Below, piece by piece: positions 12,304 through 26,428 of a stretch of 64,000 bases of DNA (position 1 is the stretch's first letter; the number at the start of each line of letters is the position of its first letter). Origin of the DNA: Camelus dromedarius (taxonomy: Eukaryota); NCBI RefSeq assembly GCF_036321535.1, contig NC_087437.1, positions 106,766,001 through 106,830,000 of the forward strand, given 5' to 3'. A program made the translations under genes and the position numbers. The notes under the pieces are model-generated. The model was not told the origin of the DNA. It did no database searches and saw only the letters and a list, made by a program, of their open reading frames with translations.

Positions 12304-12519
12304 TTCCTGTTTCCCTAAAGATCTCACTTTCAGCCAGAATTGTGACATCAGCTCTACTTTCTGGAGTGGTTTGGAATTCAGTTATAGTGAGAACTAGTTC
12401 CAAGATCCGGGACCCTGGGGCAAACCTCAGCTGCTTGTGTAACTCGAAATATGTTACCATTTTAATAATAAATGTTCATCCTCTAAATGTTGGCCCATTC
12501 CTCAGAACTGTCTTGACTC

Positions 12520-13050
12520 CATCTTTGCAGTGTCAATCTCTCCAGCCAAAGACCACCAGGAACACATCTATAACTGGACAAATTAGGTTCTTCACTTGTT
12601 TTGGTGAGGGAGAACACACACCATCGGAAACCAGGGAGTGTCTCTGTAAGAGGGTATTTAGAGGATCTTAGAGGACCTGGGCTTTGGTTGTGTGATATGG
12701 GGGAGGGCCTAAGAAAGCAGAAGTTCACTCTAGATTGGATGCTGTCGGAAAGCAGGGGCAATTCTACAATCGGGTATCAAGAAATCTTTTCTGTAGAGAA
12801 GGCAGTCTAGTAAAGAAGTAGGAGGCACTCATGGTGGCCAACAGAGGGGGTGTTTGGGATTTTACGGTTGATACAGTGACCTCGGTTTTATCTGTGCTTA
12901 GACAAGATTATGAAGTAGGATTGTTTTCTCTCACTTTATCTTGGTCTCAGAGTAAACCTTGTCTGGTGTAGGTATTCTGTGAGGTCGTTGATGTCCAATA
13001 GGAAAACAACATGACCTGGCTGTATGTGCAAGGCCACTTGCTGGATGTCA
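12520..13050 (-). mobile_element. ERV solo LTR (ERVL-class MER-type; family not assigned)
   Basis: Resembles a remembered eutherian LTR: CCAGCCAAAGACCACCAGGAAC, GAGGGAGAACACACACCAT, GTAAGAGGGT, GATTGGATGCTGTC. Confidence 0.6.
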
Positions 13051-13489
13051 GGGGCTACTTTTTTCCCCCTTTTTCTTTTCTCAGTAGTCTGCATGGTTAT
13101 TCTGCCTGGAACCTCAGTTTCTAGGGCCAGAACCCAGGTACGCTGGGGCTAATACTATCCCCATTTCTAGGCAGTCCTTTTTACTGTAAGTGAGTGTGAT
13201 GGTGGTGGTGGTGATGTGGTGGTTCTCCAGCCACTGCTTCTGAGGTGCTGAGGACAGGAGAATGTTCTGAAACCTTGAAATCTGACTTCACATCGTAGCC
13301 TGGGAACCTCCTTCCCAATAGCTGAACAGGGTCTACTGGTATCACCTCTTCATTCTATCAGGCCTGTTCTGACAACCCTGCTGGACAAGCCAGTGATTCT
13401 GCTGGCCCAGCCCAGGCAGCTCGGGTAGTTGTATACAGCTGGTGGTGGTGACCAGAATACCCCCTTTTCAGCATATGGCCTTTTCCTAG

Positions 13490-13680
13490 CAATGCAGTGC
13501 TCTCTGCCCTACCTGTCTCACATTCAAGCAAGTAGAAGAACATTTACGTTGAGTCAAAATTTGTCTCTTTGAAACTCTCCCAACTTTGTCCTTCTTTTGT
13601 CTGAGAGTCCTCTAGCTTTGCTATTGGTACATGCTTGCTGAATGACTAAATCATCTCCTGCATGATAGAACTCAGTAACA
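13490..13680 (-). mobile_element. L3/CR1 3' fragment
   Basis: TAGAAGAACATTTACGTTGAGTCAAAATTTGTCTCTTTGAAACTCTCCCAAC resembles the L3 3' region. Confidence 0.45.
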
Positions 13681-15066
13681 TGCAGCCCTTTCTTTTGTTT
13701 AGGAGGTTTGAAATATTAAAACAAATGTGGACTATCTAAAAGATGACAGATGAAGGGGCACAGAGCAGATAGGAAAAAAAAGAAAGCTATGAAGAAAATA
13801 GAGTTCATGGTAGATAAAATGTCAATGAAGAACAGGAAATGAAAGAGACTCATAGGCCTTGATGGTTTGCCTAATCCTTCTAACCCAGCTTCCTGCCCAA
13901 AGTGAAAATTTCCTCTGATTCTCTGATGTAATCACACAGTTACCCAGGAATGTTGGATGGTCATGTCATATGGGATATTAAATAGGAAAACAATAATAAA
14001 AATGTATATAATAGGAAGAAATGAAGGCAATATTGGAATGATCCCTGCAAAGAGAGTAGATGCCAGGAGTTTTCCACTGTTGTAGAAAGAAACTCTAAAA
14101 TGCAAAGAAAAGCTCAAATGACTTCCTCAAGGTTGCCTAGGACCTCAGGGCAGGATAGGGGAGTGGGTTCTGTTCACACTCTAGCTACCAGATCATGCTG
14201 TCTCGGTAGCAGTCTACCTGCAGGCTGAAGTCATCCTGTGGCAGAGTTAGTGCTATGCTTCCACAGAGACTTGAAGGTAGCAGAGTCACCATTGCAGGAG
14301 AAAGATTTATAGCTGTACTTAATGAATCTGAGTAGTTGTTTTTATAAGTACATAAATATCTTCACCATGGAGCGGCAAAATTCGGTTTTGATAGCCACCT
14401 CACAAACGTTGACTGTAAATGCTTTGTTAGTGACAAGTCTAGCTAAAAATTAAATAGAATGTTTATGAACTGCCATGAAAAAAACACTCTGCAAGATTCA
14501 CATTTGGACTACAGTGTGATAAAAATGATCTTATGGATTATTGAAGGGAGCTGTCTTGGGAACTGGCTACCATGGTGATTCTAAGAATTACCTGTATAAA
14601 TAAAGTCAAATTGAGGGGGTGGACCATCCTGTCTTGACACAGGAAAAGTCATTTTAGTTTTTAGGCACTTATCTAAGATATACTAAAATGGAGATCATCA
14701 CTTTGCTTATTTTCTTGAAAAACCATTGCCATAGGACAGTACAATAAAACAACACTGGTCAGTAGTTGGATTGAATGCCAGAGGAACATTCACACACACA
14801 CACACGCTTTCCAACATAGTCCTTATTATTATATTTTTACAGATTCGAAAGAAGCTAAAGGCAACTACTATTATAATGTAAAAGATTAGACCTATAAATG
14901 GCAAGACCTTACCAACTGTAGCATTCTACAAAATTGAAACTAAAATAAAATTGAATCATGTCTTTTCTACTTTATTTATCAGACCTCAGTGATGCACTTG
15001 ATTTTAACGCAGGTCTTTGTTATACTTTTTTTTTTTAAATCACATTACATTTGTCTACCTTGAAAT

Positions 15067-15111
15067 GATGATGACATTCTTTTTTTTTTTTTTTTTTGAT
15101 TATGACATTCT
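15067..15111 (-). mobile_element. Poly(A)-only retrotransposition scar with TSD
   Basis: GATGATGACATTC + T18 + GATTATGACATTCT; the flanks match at 13 of 14 positions. Confidence 0.7.
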
Positions 15112-16549
15112 TTATGAGGCCATTGGATTAAACCCAAATCATGAGTTTTTGGTGACAGATGGATGGACGTTTGTGGCCAGGAGGAAATAAATGGTGACAA
15201 AAATGACTTGTTTTCTGTGGAGACATAGCTTAGGGGACTGTTTTCTTGAGAGAGCATTCTTCACTTCCCCTAGGGAGTCATCTGACCCACTACTTCTTCA
15301 TGTAGGCAAATGTACCATGACTCAGAATAGTCTTAAGACAACCCCCCACCCCACAGTGCCCAGTCCTCTTTTACTGCTTTCTCATGCGTTCCCAGGACAA
15401 GTACAGAAAGAGCAGAAGATCAGATGTATTGATGCTCCATAACATCTCCAGTCAAGGTGTGGACATGATGTTCCAGTGAGTAATTTGGCACCTCTCTTCT
15501 ATAAATGCCGTATGTGTGACTCATGTGTTCTTGAGACATATCCAGGACAAAACGACCCTCATCAGTGGTATGATCTACATTTTGTTTGCAGACACAGACC
15601 TTGTTGGGGCCTGCAGCTCCCCACTGGCTGTCTCATCTAACTGTCAAACCCTTTCCAAAACAAGCTTCCCTCTGTCGTGGGGTTGGGGGGTGGGCAGCTG
15701 GCTTCTCTCGTCTCAGGGGCTGCCATCCCGTTGAGACTTCATTCTCCCCAGCTGGTTTTGACTGTGGCAGAAATGTTGTTGACACAGCAGATGGTCTTGA
15801 TATTTCTGAAAACCAGCAGCATCTTTGCCATTTCCACCCCCACACTCTTGGCTACTGTTTCTCCTTCAAGTGGTTTGGGTCATTTTTAGCAAATGTGTAT
15901 ATTCTGATGATTTTTCTTAAATATCAGAATAGGAAAAGTATACTACAGCAATGCCCTTCTAGAATACAGACAGAGGCAGAATATTAGGGCTCTCTCACAG
16001 GAAATCCATAAACTGAGATAAATGGTGTTTGGCATGATGGGTCCTTAGATGCATTAGAGTGAGCAGATAGTGAGCAGATTTTAAATATTTGAGGTATGAA
16101 GTATCAGGCAGTGTGATGTGGCTGGTGGACTGTGCTAGAAGAAATGGAGTCTAACGTTCATGGGGTTTGAAATCTTTTTCAAAAGGAATATGCCATTGAG
16201 TAATGTTTAATCTTATTGAACACAAGAGGACTTGAGAGTGAGCTTAATTGAGTTAAAGAATATTCCCCAACAGTGACTTCAGAGCCCAAGCAAAATGAAG
16301 ATGCCAGCACAACTTAATGATCTGGGACCTGATCCAGCCATTCAGACTGATTTATTCTTCCTTACTTGCCCCATGCAAGCAGGCAATGTGAACAGTCTCT
16401 TAAACTTACTAAATAATGATGAAAAAACTTCTGCTTCCTTCAGGCTGTGTAAGTACAATTTTGGAAAAGCCTTCATCTCCCAGGAAGGGCTGCACAGATG
16501 GGAAGGAGACATGAGTAATGGAAGCCCCACAGGGTTCAGCCAGCTTTTT

Positions 16550-16560
16550 ATGAGTCAGCA
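16550..16560. promoter_or_regulatory. NF-E2/NRF2 (ARE/MARE) consensus motif
   Basis: ATGAGTCAGCA (TGCTGACTCAT on the minus strand), with CCCGCCC one base downstream. Motif only. Confidence 0.25.
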
Positions 16561-17510
16561 TCCCGCCCAGGCCTGTAGGACTCACTGACTGAGGGTGTCT
16601 TTGGGGGAGGACCCTGCCTCCAGTGTGTCTCAGTCAAAACACAGTTCACCAGGTGCAAGTCCTTTCTTCTCATTACAGTAGTAAAGATCACAACAGCAGT
16701 GAAGTGTTTAGCTAGTTGATTCCTTTGAATGCCAAAAGCAGAGTTCTTAAGATGAGCACAGAACCATATGGATGGAGGGGGTGTCTAAAAAGGATGGGAG
16801 GAATTTGTGAAAGTGAACATGGAATGTCCCAGATAGGGCAAGTTGAATGAAGAAAACCAGCTTGAATGTGGGGTATATGAGGGTGGGATGGGAAGATGTA
16901 CACGTTACACAACGGAGCAGAGCACGCCAGCTCCACGGTCATCATAAGAATCTGTGGGTGGAAGGGCACCAGGTACATGATCTAATTTCTAATTACTGTC
17001 TGCCCTGCTGATAACATTAGGAGGGTCTCCAAAGTAATGCCTTTCTTGAATTAAAAGATTCACTTCATAATGGAAAACACCTCACTCAACAAAAAATATT
17101 CTGGTAACCCTACCAAAAATCTGGCTTACTATCTCTAAGCACAGAAGAACAAATATAATTAAAAGAACTTAGATAATGTGAAAAATATTTACCAACTAGT
17201 TGGGATGGCCATGAAGAATCAGAGCAGACACAGTCATAGAGCTTGTACAGGGAGGTCAGTGGGACTCAAGGGTGGTAGAAGGGGTGGTGGAGGATGGAGT
17301 TTTAGGATAATTCTAAGGATTTCTATTTTAATAACCAGTCATACCAGCCAGTATAAGCCCTGAAGATGACCAACACTTCTATAAGTCATGCAGTGAAATA
17401 GATTTATCTATAACAGGTTGGAAGTCCATTTCAGAAACAGTAATAAAAGTTACAGAGTCAAGGAAAGAGTCCACAACTGAGACCCTTCTCACCTGTGAAG
17501 ACTTCTTACT

Positions 17511-17581
17511 ATTTTTTTAAATTGCAGTATCGTTGATTTACAATGTTGTGTTAATTTCTGGGTTACAGCATATTGATTCAG

Positions 17582-17623
<42 letters not shown>

Positions 17624-18273
17624 TTTTTCATACTCTTTATTATTATAAGTTATTACAAGATATTGAATATAGTTTCCTGTACTAAACAGTAGGATCTTGT
17701 TGTTTATCTATTTATATATAGTAGTTTGTATCTGCTTGTCCTAGACTCCTAATTTACCCCTCCTCCACCCTTTCCCTCCTGGTAGCTGTAAGTTTGTTTT
17801 CTATGTCCGTGAGTCTATTTCTGTTTTGTAAAGAAGTTCACTTGTGCCATTTTTTTAGATTCCACATATTAAGTGACATCATAGGATATTTTTCTTTCTT
17901 TTTCTGGCTAACTTCACTTAGTATGATGATCTCCAGGTCCATCCACATTGCTGAAAATGACATTATTTCATTCTTTTTTATGGGTGAGTAATATTCCATC
18001 ATATATATATAATATATAGATATATCTCACCATAACTTCTTTATCCAGTCATTGTTGATGGACATTTAGGTTGCTTCCATGTCTTGGCTATTGTAAACAG
18101 TGCTGCTGTGAACATTGGGGTGCATGTATCTTTTTGAATTATAGTTTCTTCTGAGTATATGCCCAGGAGTGGGATTTCTGGATCACATGGTAACTATTTT
18201 TAGTTTTTTAAAGACTCTCCATACTGTTTTTCATAATGGCTGCACCAAATTACATTTCTACCAACAATGTAGG
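17511..18273 (-). mobile_element. 5'-truncated young L1 (ORF2 end plus 3' UTR) with TSD
   Basis: Antisense L1 3' UTR (TACAATGTTGTGTTAATTTCTG..., GGACATTTAGGTTGCTTCCATGTCTTGGCTATTG). TSD AGACTTCTTACT (17499-17510) / AGACTTCCTACT (18277-18288). Internal (TA)n at 17583-17620. Confidence 0.96.
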
Positions 18274-20607
18274 TAGAGACTTCCTACTCTTTATCAAACT
18301 TCATCTGTTAACCAAATAAGACATACAAAAAATTTTTACAAAAGGGATCCTCCCATACCTTTTCTCTTCAGTATTGGTCAGGAACTACAAAGCAAAGTGT
18401 ACAGAGTCAGCAAAGAGTTTAAATACAGATCACGTTAAACACAGGAGCATTAAAACACAGGTCAAGTTGATCCAGTCCTTCCAGATTAGCCTGGAAACTG
18501 CAGAATCCTTGATGTATTTGAGAGTAGTGCTAATTCCTAGAGTGTGTTTGGGTTTCAAAGCATTTTGGAAACACTCGGTAAATATGTGCAAACATACTGT
18601 ATGTGTAATTGTCCTTGAAAACAGGTATCTAACAGGTTGCTTCGTGACTACATTTGGGCATTTTTTTTTCCTCAAAAAATAGTAGGTGGTCAAAATGTTA
18701 GAAGAATTTACTCCACACAAACTCATGTAGCATGGCACAGTGATATGCCTGTCAGTCTTAAGTATTTATTACTCTTTCCAAATGTAAAGTACATCTATAC
18801 ATGTGATTTACTAACTACTACAAATGGTCCTTTTTTATTTTTTAGGCAAAGAATCTTAGTGATCTTGTAAAAAGAATTTTAAAATTATACATTAATTAAA
18901 AAATTGCTTTAGACCAACATCTGAGTTGGGAAAAAGATTTAATTTTTTTTCACAGAAAACTTTTCTTTATATTTAAAATAAAATATTTGACAAAATATGC
19001 CACACATGAGAAATACATACGGAGAGGTTGAATCAAGTTCAAAATAGAATTATGGTAAATCATGCCAATTGGAGGTAGATTCCAAATATTAGGAAAAAAT
19101 TGTTTTCTAGGCTTTCTGTGGTTTTATCTAACAGACACCCCATCTGAGTTCTAAATTTATTTCTCAAAGCAGCTAAGCCCTTTGGAGAGAAATTATACTG
19201 CAGGGTAAGAGTTTATAAGGAAGCACGCACAGATAAACCCTCACAAATCACAATGAGTACAATTTCACCACGAATCTACCACTTAATTGTCTGTAAGAAT
19301 TTTAGAGTAGAAATAAAGTGATTTTTTTGAAATCATAATGATTAATTAACAAACAACTTCTAAAATAGGATTTAACAATTCATCTTTCATGAACTTGTAT
19401 TTTTAGCCCACTGTGGGATTACAAATACCCATCTACAGCCTCCTTGAATTTCACCAAACACTTTGACTTTGTTCTGCAGCAGTTTAAGACATTCAGTTGT
19501 ATTTGTTCTACTCCTGCTTTTCCCTTGCTCTATTTCAAGGCAGATCCAGGCTTTGAAATTTCTTGCTGCATGGATGATGTTAGCCTGGCAGAAAACACAA
19601 GCACTCCTAAACCCACAACTTCTTTTTTGTTTTCTATTAAAATCTCAGCTGTTTAGAAGTGATGGAGTGCCGGAGTTGGTGAGGAACAAGGGAGAGGTTT
19701 TGGAAGCAGGGAAAGAGCTAAGTCAGAATGGAAAGGGGAGAAAGGACCATGGGCTGCTGGTGTTGTGGACTTAAGCCTTGCACTCTGAGAGCACCAGAGA
19801 AAGTGAGGACTCCCGAGAAAGGAGTGCCTCTGATTCTCAGACGCACCCAAATCCCTGTGCCCCAAGTGTGACGGAGGGGCGGGTTGCAGAGACCTTGATA
19901 AGCATATGCAGAAGTAGAGTGAGAATTGAAGAATCTTAGAAGGACCTTTCCAAAGCCCAGAACTCTGTTTTATTCTTATTTGTGCCTCATCAGAGCCTCA
20001 TACACAAATGTGGGTGTGTGTGTGCGTATGTGTTTGTGTTCCCACACTCATGTACACATGGGGGTCAGGGTTGGAGGCTGGGGTCAAGCATGAGGGGGAA
20101 CTCCAGTAGGATGGGTCACAGTTGAATTAAGTGGATTTAAAGAAATAAAGATGCGATATTTCTCCTACTTAGTGTGGACTAAATTCATCTGTATCACGGA
20201 TGACCACTGAGGATTATCTGTAAAGAACTGAACCTTTTGTCTTGAATATAAATAGCAGCTATTGGTTTTCTAGGAAGATAAATACATCAGGCTTATTATG
20301 TTTATCTCTCACAAAGTTACTTCATGTCAAATTGTGCACATAGTATATCCGTTTCCTACTCTGCCAAATGAGGTCATTTGTTGTTTTGACACTTTATTTC
20401 CCTAGAGAGATGCAGTGAATGTTACTCTTTGCTAAAACTCAAAACACACTGCTTCACTCCAGGAAGGTTTATGATGGGTGTTTATGCACACTGTGTCTAG
20501 TGTATACCAAGCACTGACCTGGGTTTGGAATATCAAGATAAATGGCATACGGTTCAGCTCCCAAGGCATTCAGAGACCCTGTGCTGACAATCTGCTTCAC
20601 TCCCAAG

Positions 20608-20713
20608 TTTCTTTCTTCGTTCCTTCCTTCCTTTCAGCAGAGGTACTAGGAATTGAACCCAGGACCTCATGCATGCTAAACATGAGCTCTATCACTGACC
20701 TATTTCTCTCCCC
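20608..20713 (-). mobile_element. Camelid-type tRNA-derived SINE
   Basis: Antisense GAGGTACTAGGAATTGAACCCAGGACCTCATGCATGCTAAACATGAGCTCTATCACTGACCTA (pol III B and A boxes), with a TTCC-rich tail. Confidence 0.88.
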
Positions 20714-22223
20714 TACTCTTCTTGAAGATCAATTTGCACCTAGAGCATATAAAGCTTTCCCATTCCCCATCGATGTTTACAGAATGCATATAGCAGGTGT
20801 GATGAATATAAGAATAGGCTAGAAATAAGCCCATCTTTCACAAAAAATATCAGCAAATATTTATATTTCAATGTGGGCTTACATATCTCCACATAATATG
20901 ATTACAAGTAAATTTATGTAACATGGATCTGCCAGCTCTCAAATATTTGCTACACTGATCAACATCTTTGTCAAATGTCTCTTCATCTTCTTAAACATAG
21001 ATGAAATTATTGCCATCTACAAATAACTTCTGCTCTTTTACAGTCATTTAACAATTTGCAGAGCATAATCAGAAGTGCCACGAACTGGGCCAGGTGGTAG
21101 GGGTTAAGGATGATGGCCACCCACCATACTTTTGTTAAGTTCAATACCTTTTCTTGATGAAATAAGCATTTTCCTAGCTCCTTTTATTTAAAGGAAAACA
21201 TTTGGGAGTGGGTATTTAGTTATAATTCAGCAATACAGAATGCAGAGCAGAATATAGAAATATTTTGTAAGTGGTACCCCAAACCAGGCTTTTGCTCTGA
21301 AGACATTTTTTTCCCCTGCAGCATTTATTTCCCTGCTTCAAGATGTCTGCAGCAGAAAGAACAAATCAGAGATTAAATATCAGTGTTATTCTAAAAGCAA
21401 TCATATGAAAAATTTAGATTCTTTCTGCAATGACTGCCTTGCAAAATGAAAAATTCAGTCACACAATTGGCTTTTTTAGTCTTGAGAATATCAGACAGTT
21501 TATTTGACTGACTTTCACTAAATTGACTATTTAGTCACTGTTGAATGATATGCCCCTTAGGTTAGACAGCCTGGGAAATGGTTTCCAGAGCATTTGGGAC
21601 TCACAGCTTTTTTTCACCCCAGTTTTCAGCACAGCTTTAAGACCATCCACTTAGCTACTAGGCATATTTTAGGGCACAGACTTTTCCATACAAAAGGCTG
21701 ATCACCTCTTCATCCATTGAACCCTGTCCAGAGTGGTACTTCAATTGCTTATTGTAAGAGAAATTGTCTTACAAGTCACTTTCACTCCTTAAATTCATAG
21801 GCTTTCTCATTTCAGTCCCAAACAGAGGTCAGAATGTTTCCTTCCAGTCCTTAGCATTTTCATTACCTGTAGTCACTGTTCAAAGGTAACCTGGAAGTCG
21901 TTCACAGGGAGAAACGTATGATGGAGTGCGTGACTCTAGAGTTCTGTGCCTTGCATGGTTACTATAGCTCACAGGCCATCAATCTTAGTTGGTGATCAAC
22001 AACTGGTTATGGAATAAGTGAAAAGAGGAATGATTAAATGATTATAACCCCCAAAAAATCAATGGGTAATGATGACTGTAGGAGTTCTTAAGTAATCAGA
22101 TACCATAGGAATTACTTTTTTTTTTTTTAACCAGATTGCATTTTTTCCCAAATAAAAGATGTTTTTCATTCCGGTGTTAGCCAACTTAGGATTCACCCAG
22201 TGTTTCACTCTATTGTTTCACCC

Positions 22224-22668
22224 AGTGTCCAGTCTGAAGATCATATGCTCAAAGGGACCACTGAAAAGACTGTAATGAAGGGGGTATTTACAATGATGTG
22301 GGCAGGGTTAGTGTGGTACCCTAGAGCTAGCAAAAGCAGGGGTTCTGAGGGGGCTGGGGTGGGAAGCAGTTAGTTACTGGAACATAGAGTGAGCAGTTGG
22401 ATGGAAAGGGCTGCCCAGTAGGAATTAGGGCTTTGGGTTGAGGGGTCAGAACCAAATTATAATGACCTGGCAGGGAGGTTGCTGTTGGAATAAAAATTCA
22501 TGCCACATTCTTCACTAAGCCTTCGATTCCTTGGCACATGGCTCCCATTGGCTGAACTGAAAATTGAAGGGCAAGGAGATGTGTTGGTGCAGTCCCCAGA
22601 AGTTGAAGTCTTGAGGCTTAGCACAGGGTGGAGAAGGGTGGACCTAGATGGGCAAACCAAACATACCC
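22224..22668 (-). mobile_element. ERVL solo LTR (LTR40/LTR41-like)
   Basis: TAATGAAGGGGGTATTTACA..TGTGGGCAGGGTTA..GCTAGCAA..CTCCCATTGGCTGAAC..GAAGGGCAAGGAG..GGGTGGAGAAGGGTGG. Same family as 37668-38162. Confidence 0.75.
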
Positions 22669-22989
22669 AGATCCCTTCTCTATTAGCTAAGGTGGCTAGT
22701 TGTGGTCTACAAAAGTATTGACACTTTCCTTTGTATCTCTGTATGTGCAGGATAATTAGAAACAGGGAAAACATAATGGAAAACATAAATTTCAAATATG
22801 AAAGACCAATAGAAAGAAAAAAAACACTGCAGCAGAAAAAAAAAACTATAACTACATCCTATTTTAGATTTCTCATGGCGTAATTTGTAGAAGATCAAAT
22901 TAAACATTATTAATGCCCCTTACATTTGTTTGACAAAAGTCTAAAAATTGTCTATATAACTTTTTTGTCATTTATAATTAGGAAAAAAA

Positions 22990-23412
22990 GTCTTCAGGTT
23001 TGTCCTCAAGAAAAAAATGTGTTGGGTTATCTCAAAGTGGGGACATATGGGGATTCTTAAAGGGAGTGCTTTCAGGAGAAGTCTTCTTGGACCCAAGGAA
23101 AGCAGGATAGTGCAGGCGAAGAAGCTGAGCAAAGATGTGGTTATCTCCTAGCTCAGCCTGATGCCACAAGGGGTTCTGGAGTGTGAATGGTACCACAAAA
23201 CCGTTCTGCAAGGACAGAATCTGTCCTTAGGAGCAAGCTGTTCTGGTGAGGGTGGAACCAAACCTGCCAGGCATCTCCAGGCGACGGTGATCTCCTTGGC
23301 TGACTCAGAATATCCAAAGAAGGTGCATCTGTGAGGCATCTGGCAACTAACACCAGCTGCTGGGGGATGGGTGCATCAGCCCAGCAAAGGAGATCTGGGT
23401 GGGGTGCCATTT
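22990..23412 (-). mobile_element. ERVL solo LTR (LTR33-like)
   Basis: GAAGAAGCTGAGCAAAGATGTGG..CTCAGCCTGATGCCACAAGGGGTTCTGGAGTGTGAATGGTACCACA..GCAGCTGCTGGGGGATGGGTGC-like block. Confidence 0.75.
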
Positions 23413-26240
23413 ACTGAATACAGTAAGCTTTTAGGCAGAATCCTTCCCACCCACAAATATTCCCAAATTCTAACTTGAGGGGCTGAATATATCTTTTATC
23501 ACATTGCAGGACACAGTAAGTCATCTTGTCTCAGAAAATCCTATAGAGCAATTAGGTAATTGACATAGATAAAGTGACCTGAAAAAAAAAATGCTGAAAT
23601 AGAGGTTTGCTTGCAATTTTAAGAGTCTTTTAAAGCTTCCCATCAGAATCCCTGTCCCCATACGTCCTCTCTTATTCCCCTTGCTGGCTTCCCCTACCTC
23701 CTTCCTTTTCATTTCACAAATCCAAGAGTTGTTCTGAGCCCCATTTTTTAAACCTGGCTTTACTGGATACTAATGTGTTAGCTGAGATGGTTATTGATCA
23801 GATTTAATCAGGAATGACATTAAGAATATGTATAGCATATTTGCTTATCGCTCAATTGTAGCCAATTAGAACATACTATGAATGGAGTGTCACTACTGGG
23901 CCAGATGTTAGTTGTCAGGTTATTAAGAGATGGAGGTCCTGGAGAAGGGGCTGAGGCATTGGAGGTGGAGTGGTGGAGCCCTGGGTCGGGGGAAGCTTAG
24001 GACATAAACTGATTTTCAACCCACTGGAAAGTGTTTTATTATGGTTATACAGGTTCCTACTGGCTAAGCATCAGACTGGGAGAATTGTCTCTGATATTAT
24101 TTGTTGTCATTGTACTGTGTGTTGGTTTAAGTAAAACCTTAATAACTGTGGCTTTGAGCCTTAAGGCAGTCCTGCAAATCACAAAAGAAGTCAGAAATGC
24201 CTAAGACCATTCTCTAATACCATCATAGTCATGGCTGTAACTTAACCCCAAATCAAGACTCCCGTGAGACTTTTGCATCTAGTGTAAAACAAAAAGTTAA
24301 ATGGGAACATAGGAACATGCTGTTCTAGGTCATCATTTATTATGCCTTTTGACAGCGAAGTGAATAAGAACCTTCTAATCAAAAGCTATAGCCTTGAGGG
24401 AAATGAATAGATAGCAGGCTATCTTAGCTGATATGTAAGTAGTCAGTGATTTTTCTTCTACTCATAGGTTTTTAAGCTGTGGCACTTTAATGCACAGTAC
24501 TGCTAATTTATTTTTTTCTGGCCTCATTTGTACAGTCTCTTAAAATACATCACAGTTGAGAACAGAGTCTAGACAGTTATTATGATACAATCAGAAAGAA
24601 AGCTGGCAAATGAAAAAAAAAATGGAAGTGAATAGAAGTGCTGATTAAAAAAACACTATAGTTTATACCAGGCTTCTTTTAAATTTGTATTTTCCAGGTT
24701 TCATCTTTGAAAGACTCAAATCACACTAAAATATTGTAGCACTAGAAGTCAGCTTCATTTCATAGGTCTGAAAAGGAAAGAGCAAAAAGCTGCATTTATT
24801 TCTCCATAGAAATTCACCTAACTAATTAAATCAATATTTGGCATTTGAATAGTTTTCTTATCAGTGAGGAAAGAGAATGCTCAGATATCACATGTCACTG
24901 TTGAAGAAGAGCAAGGAAGCCATTGCTGAATAAATGGTTTTGTCAAATCTATGTCTGATTTGAGGAAGTCAACTTTTTTTCTTATGGGAACTAAAAATGT
25001 GACATGCACATAATCCAGTCCCTGAACACAGTCTCTCCCTTTAAGTTTCCAGAAGAACTCCTATTTCAGTTTTAGAGCCATCTGCTATTGCCTTTTGCCA
25101 CTGAGTATGTGGATACATAGTATCTCAGGGTGCAGTTAAATGAACATGAAGAAACTAGTTCATGCTATAAAGGGATCCAAAAAAGCTAAAGCATAAATGA
25201 AAACATCTGTGCAAGGTATGGAGAAGGGAGGAGACAGAAGCATGCAAGTTAGTCACACACTGTCAACACAGAAGTCCAAGTCGCAGCAAATAAACTGAAT
25301 GGGATGATGATTTACAGGACACAAACTCATCCCTGTCAAGGGGGCAGAAAGCACGAATCAGGTGCTTTCATGCGGCATGGGAAAGCAAAAGCAGCTCAAT
25401 CAATTCTGTAAGAACAAAGAACAAAAACTGCCCAGCATGAATGAAAGACTAATTAAAACTTTCCAATCTTAGCTTGGAATGACTCAACTTGCTAACAGCA
25501 AATTTCATTAAGTCCAAAGTATGACGATGGAAATTGTCTTTTCTTCACTGGGTTCATGGTTTTTGCTCTTCTTCAGCTTCTGCATCACACTCCCATCCAC
25601 CCCCCACAAGTCATTGGCAGGTGAGTGTTGCAGCATCCTTTTTCCGGAAGGTGGGCTCCAGTCCCTCCTACGGGAAAGTCACAAGTTTGGCGAGGTGTGA
25701 AGAGATTTAATTTCACTAAAAGCCTATAGCTGAGGCTGCATTCCACACAAAGGATGCCTTCTGGACGATTAATGCAACTTTTACATCCTCTTTAATTTGG
25801 CTCTAAAATATCACTTTCAATGACCATAATTCTCTGCCTGATAACTTTTAACTTTTCCGGATGGACGGTTTTATGTGTTTTTCACCACTTCAGATTAATG
25901 TTGAGGAAGTTCTTCATTAAGGCTTTGTTTTGGTAGAAAATCCAGGATAATGTGCTTTTGGTCCTAAGCATCTTAAGTTTAGGGTCATTTTGACCTTAGA
26001 GCAGTGCAGTGTTTAGAACTCAAGTGCCAAGCTGAGGATTAAGCCAGGGGCAGGAGCTTCCACTCATTAACTTCTGTATCTTGACTGCTTCTCCTCCTCC
26101 TCATAACCACTCCCCCTTTCTCTTTCAAGACCCAACTCAACTCCCACTGCTCCTTTTAAACCTTCCCAAGTCACACTAGTATTTATGAGCTACACTGAGC
26201 TAAGCATGATCACACTTGGGAGCCTTCACGCCCGCTGTAG

Positions 26241-26428
26241 GGCTGTGGTTTTCACACTCCAGCGGCATCAGTGTCACTTGGAGGGCTTGTTAAATACAAA
26301 TGGCTGAGCCCCACCCCAGAGCTTCTGATTCAGTCCCCGTGAAAAGCGGGCTGAGGATTTGCATTCTAACAAGTTCCCAGGTGAGGCAGATGCCGCTGCT
26401 CCCGGGACCACACTTCCAGAGTCTCCGC
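26241..26428. mobile_element. MER5A
   Basis: GTGGTTTTCACAC..GCATCAGTGTCACTTGGAGGGCTTGTTAAA..CCCCACCCCAGAGCTTCTGATTCAG..GATTTGCATTCTAACAAGTTCCCAGGTGA..GGGACCACACTT. Confidence 0.92.

Noticed and set aside
22191..22228. Short direct repeats TTCACCCAGTGT as a CRISPR-like array
   Set aside because: Only two 12-bp copies at an LTR edge in mammalian DNA, with no array and no cas genes.
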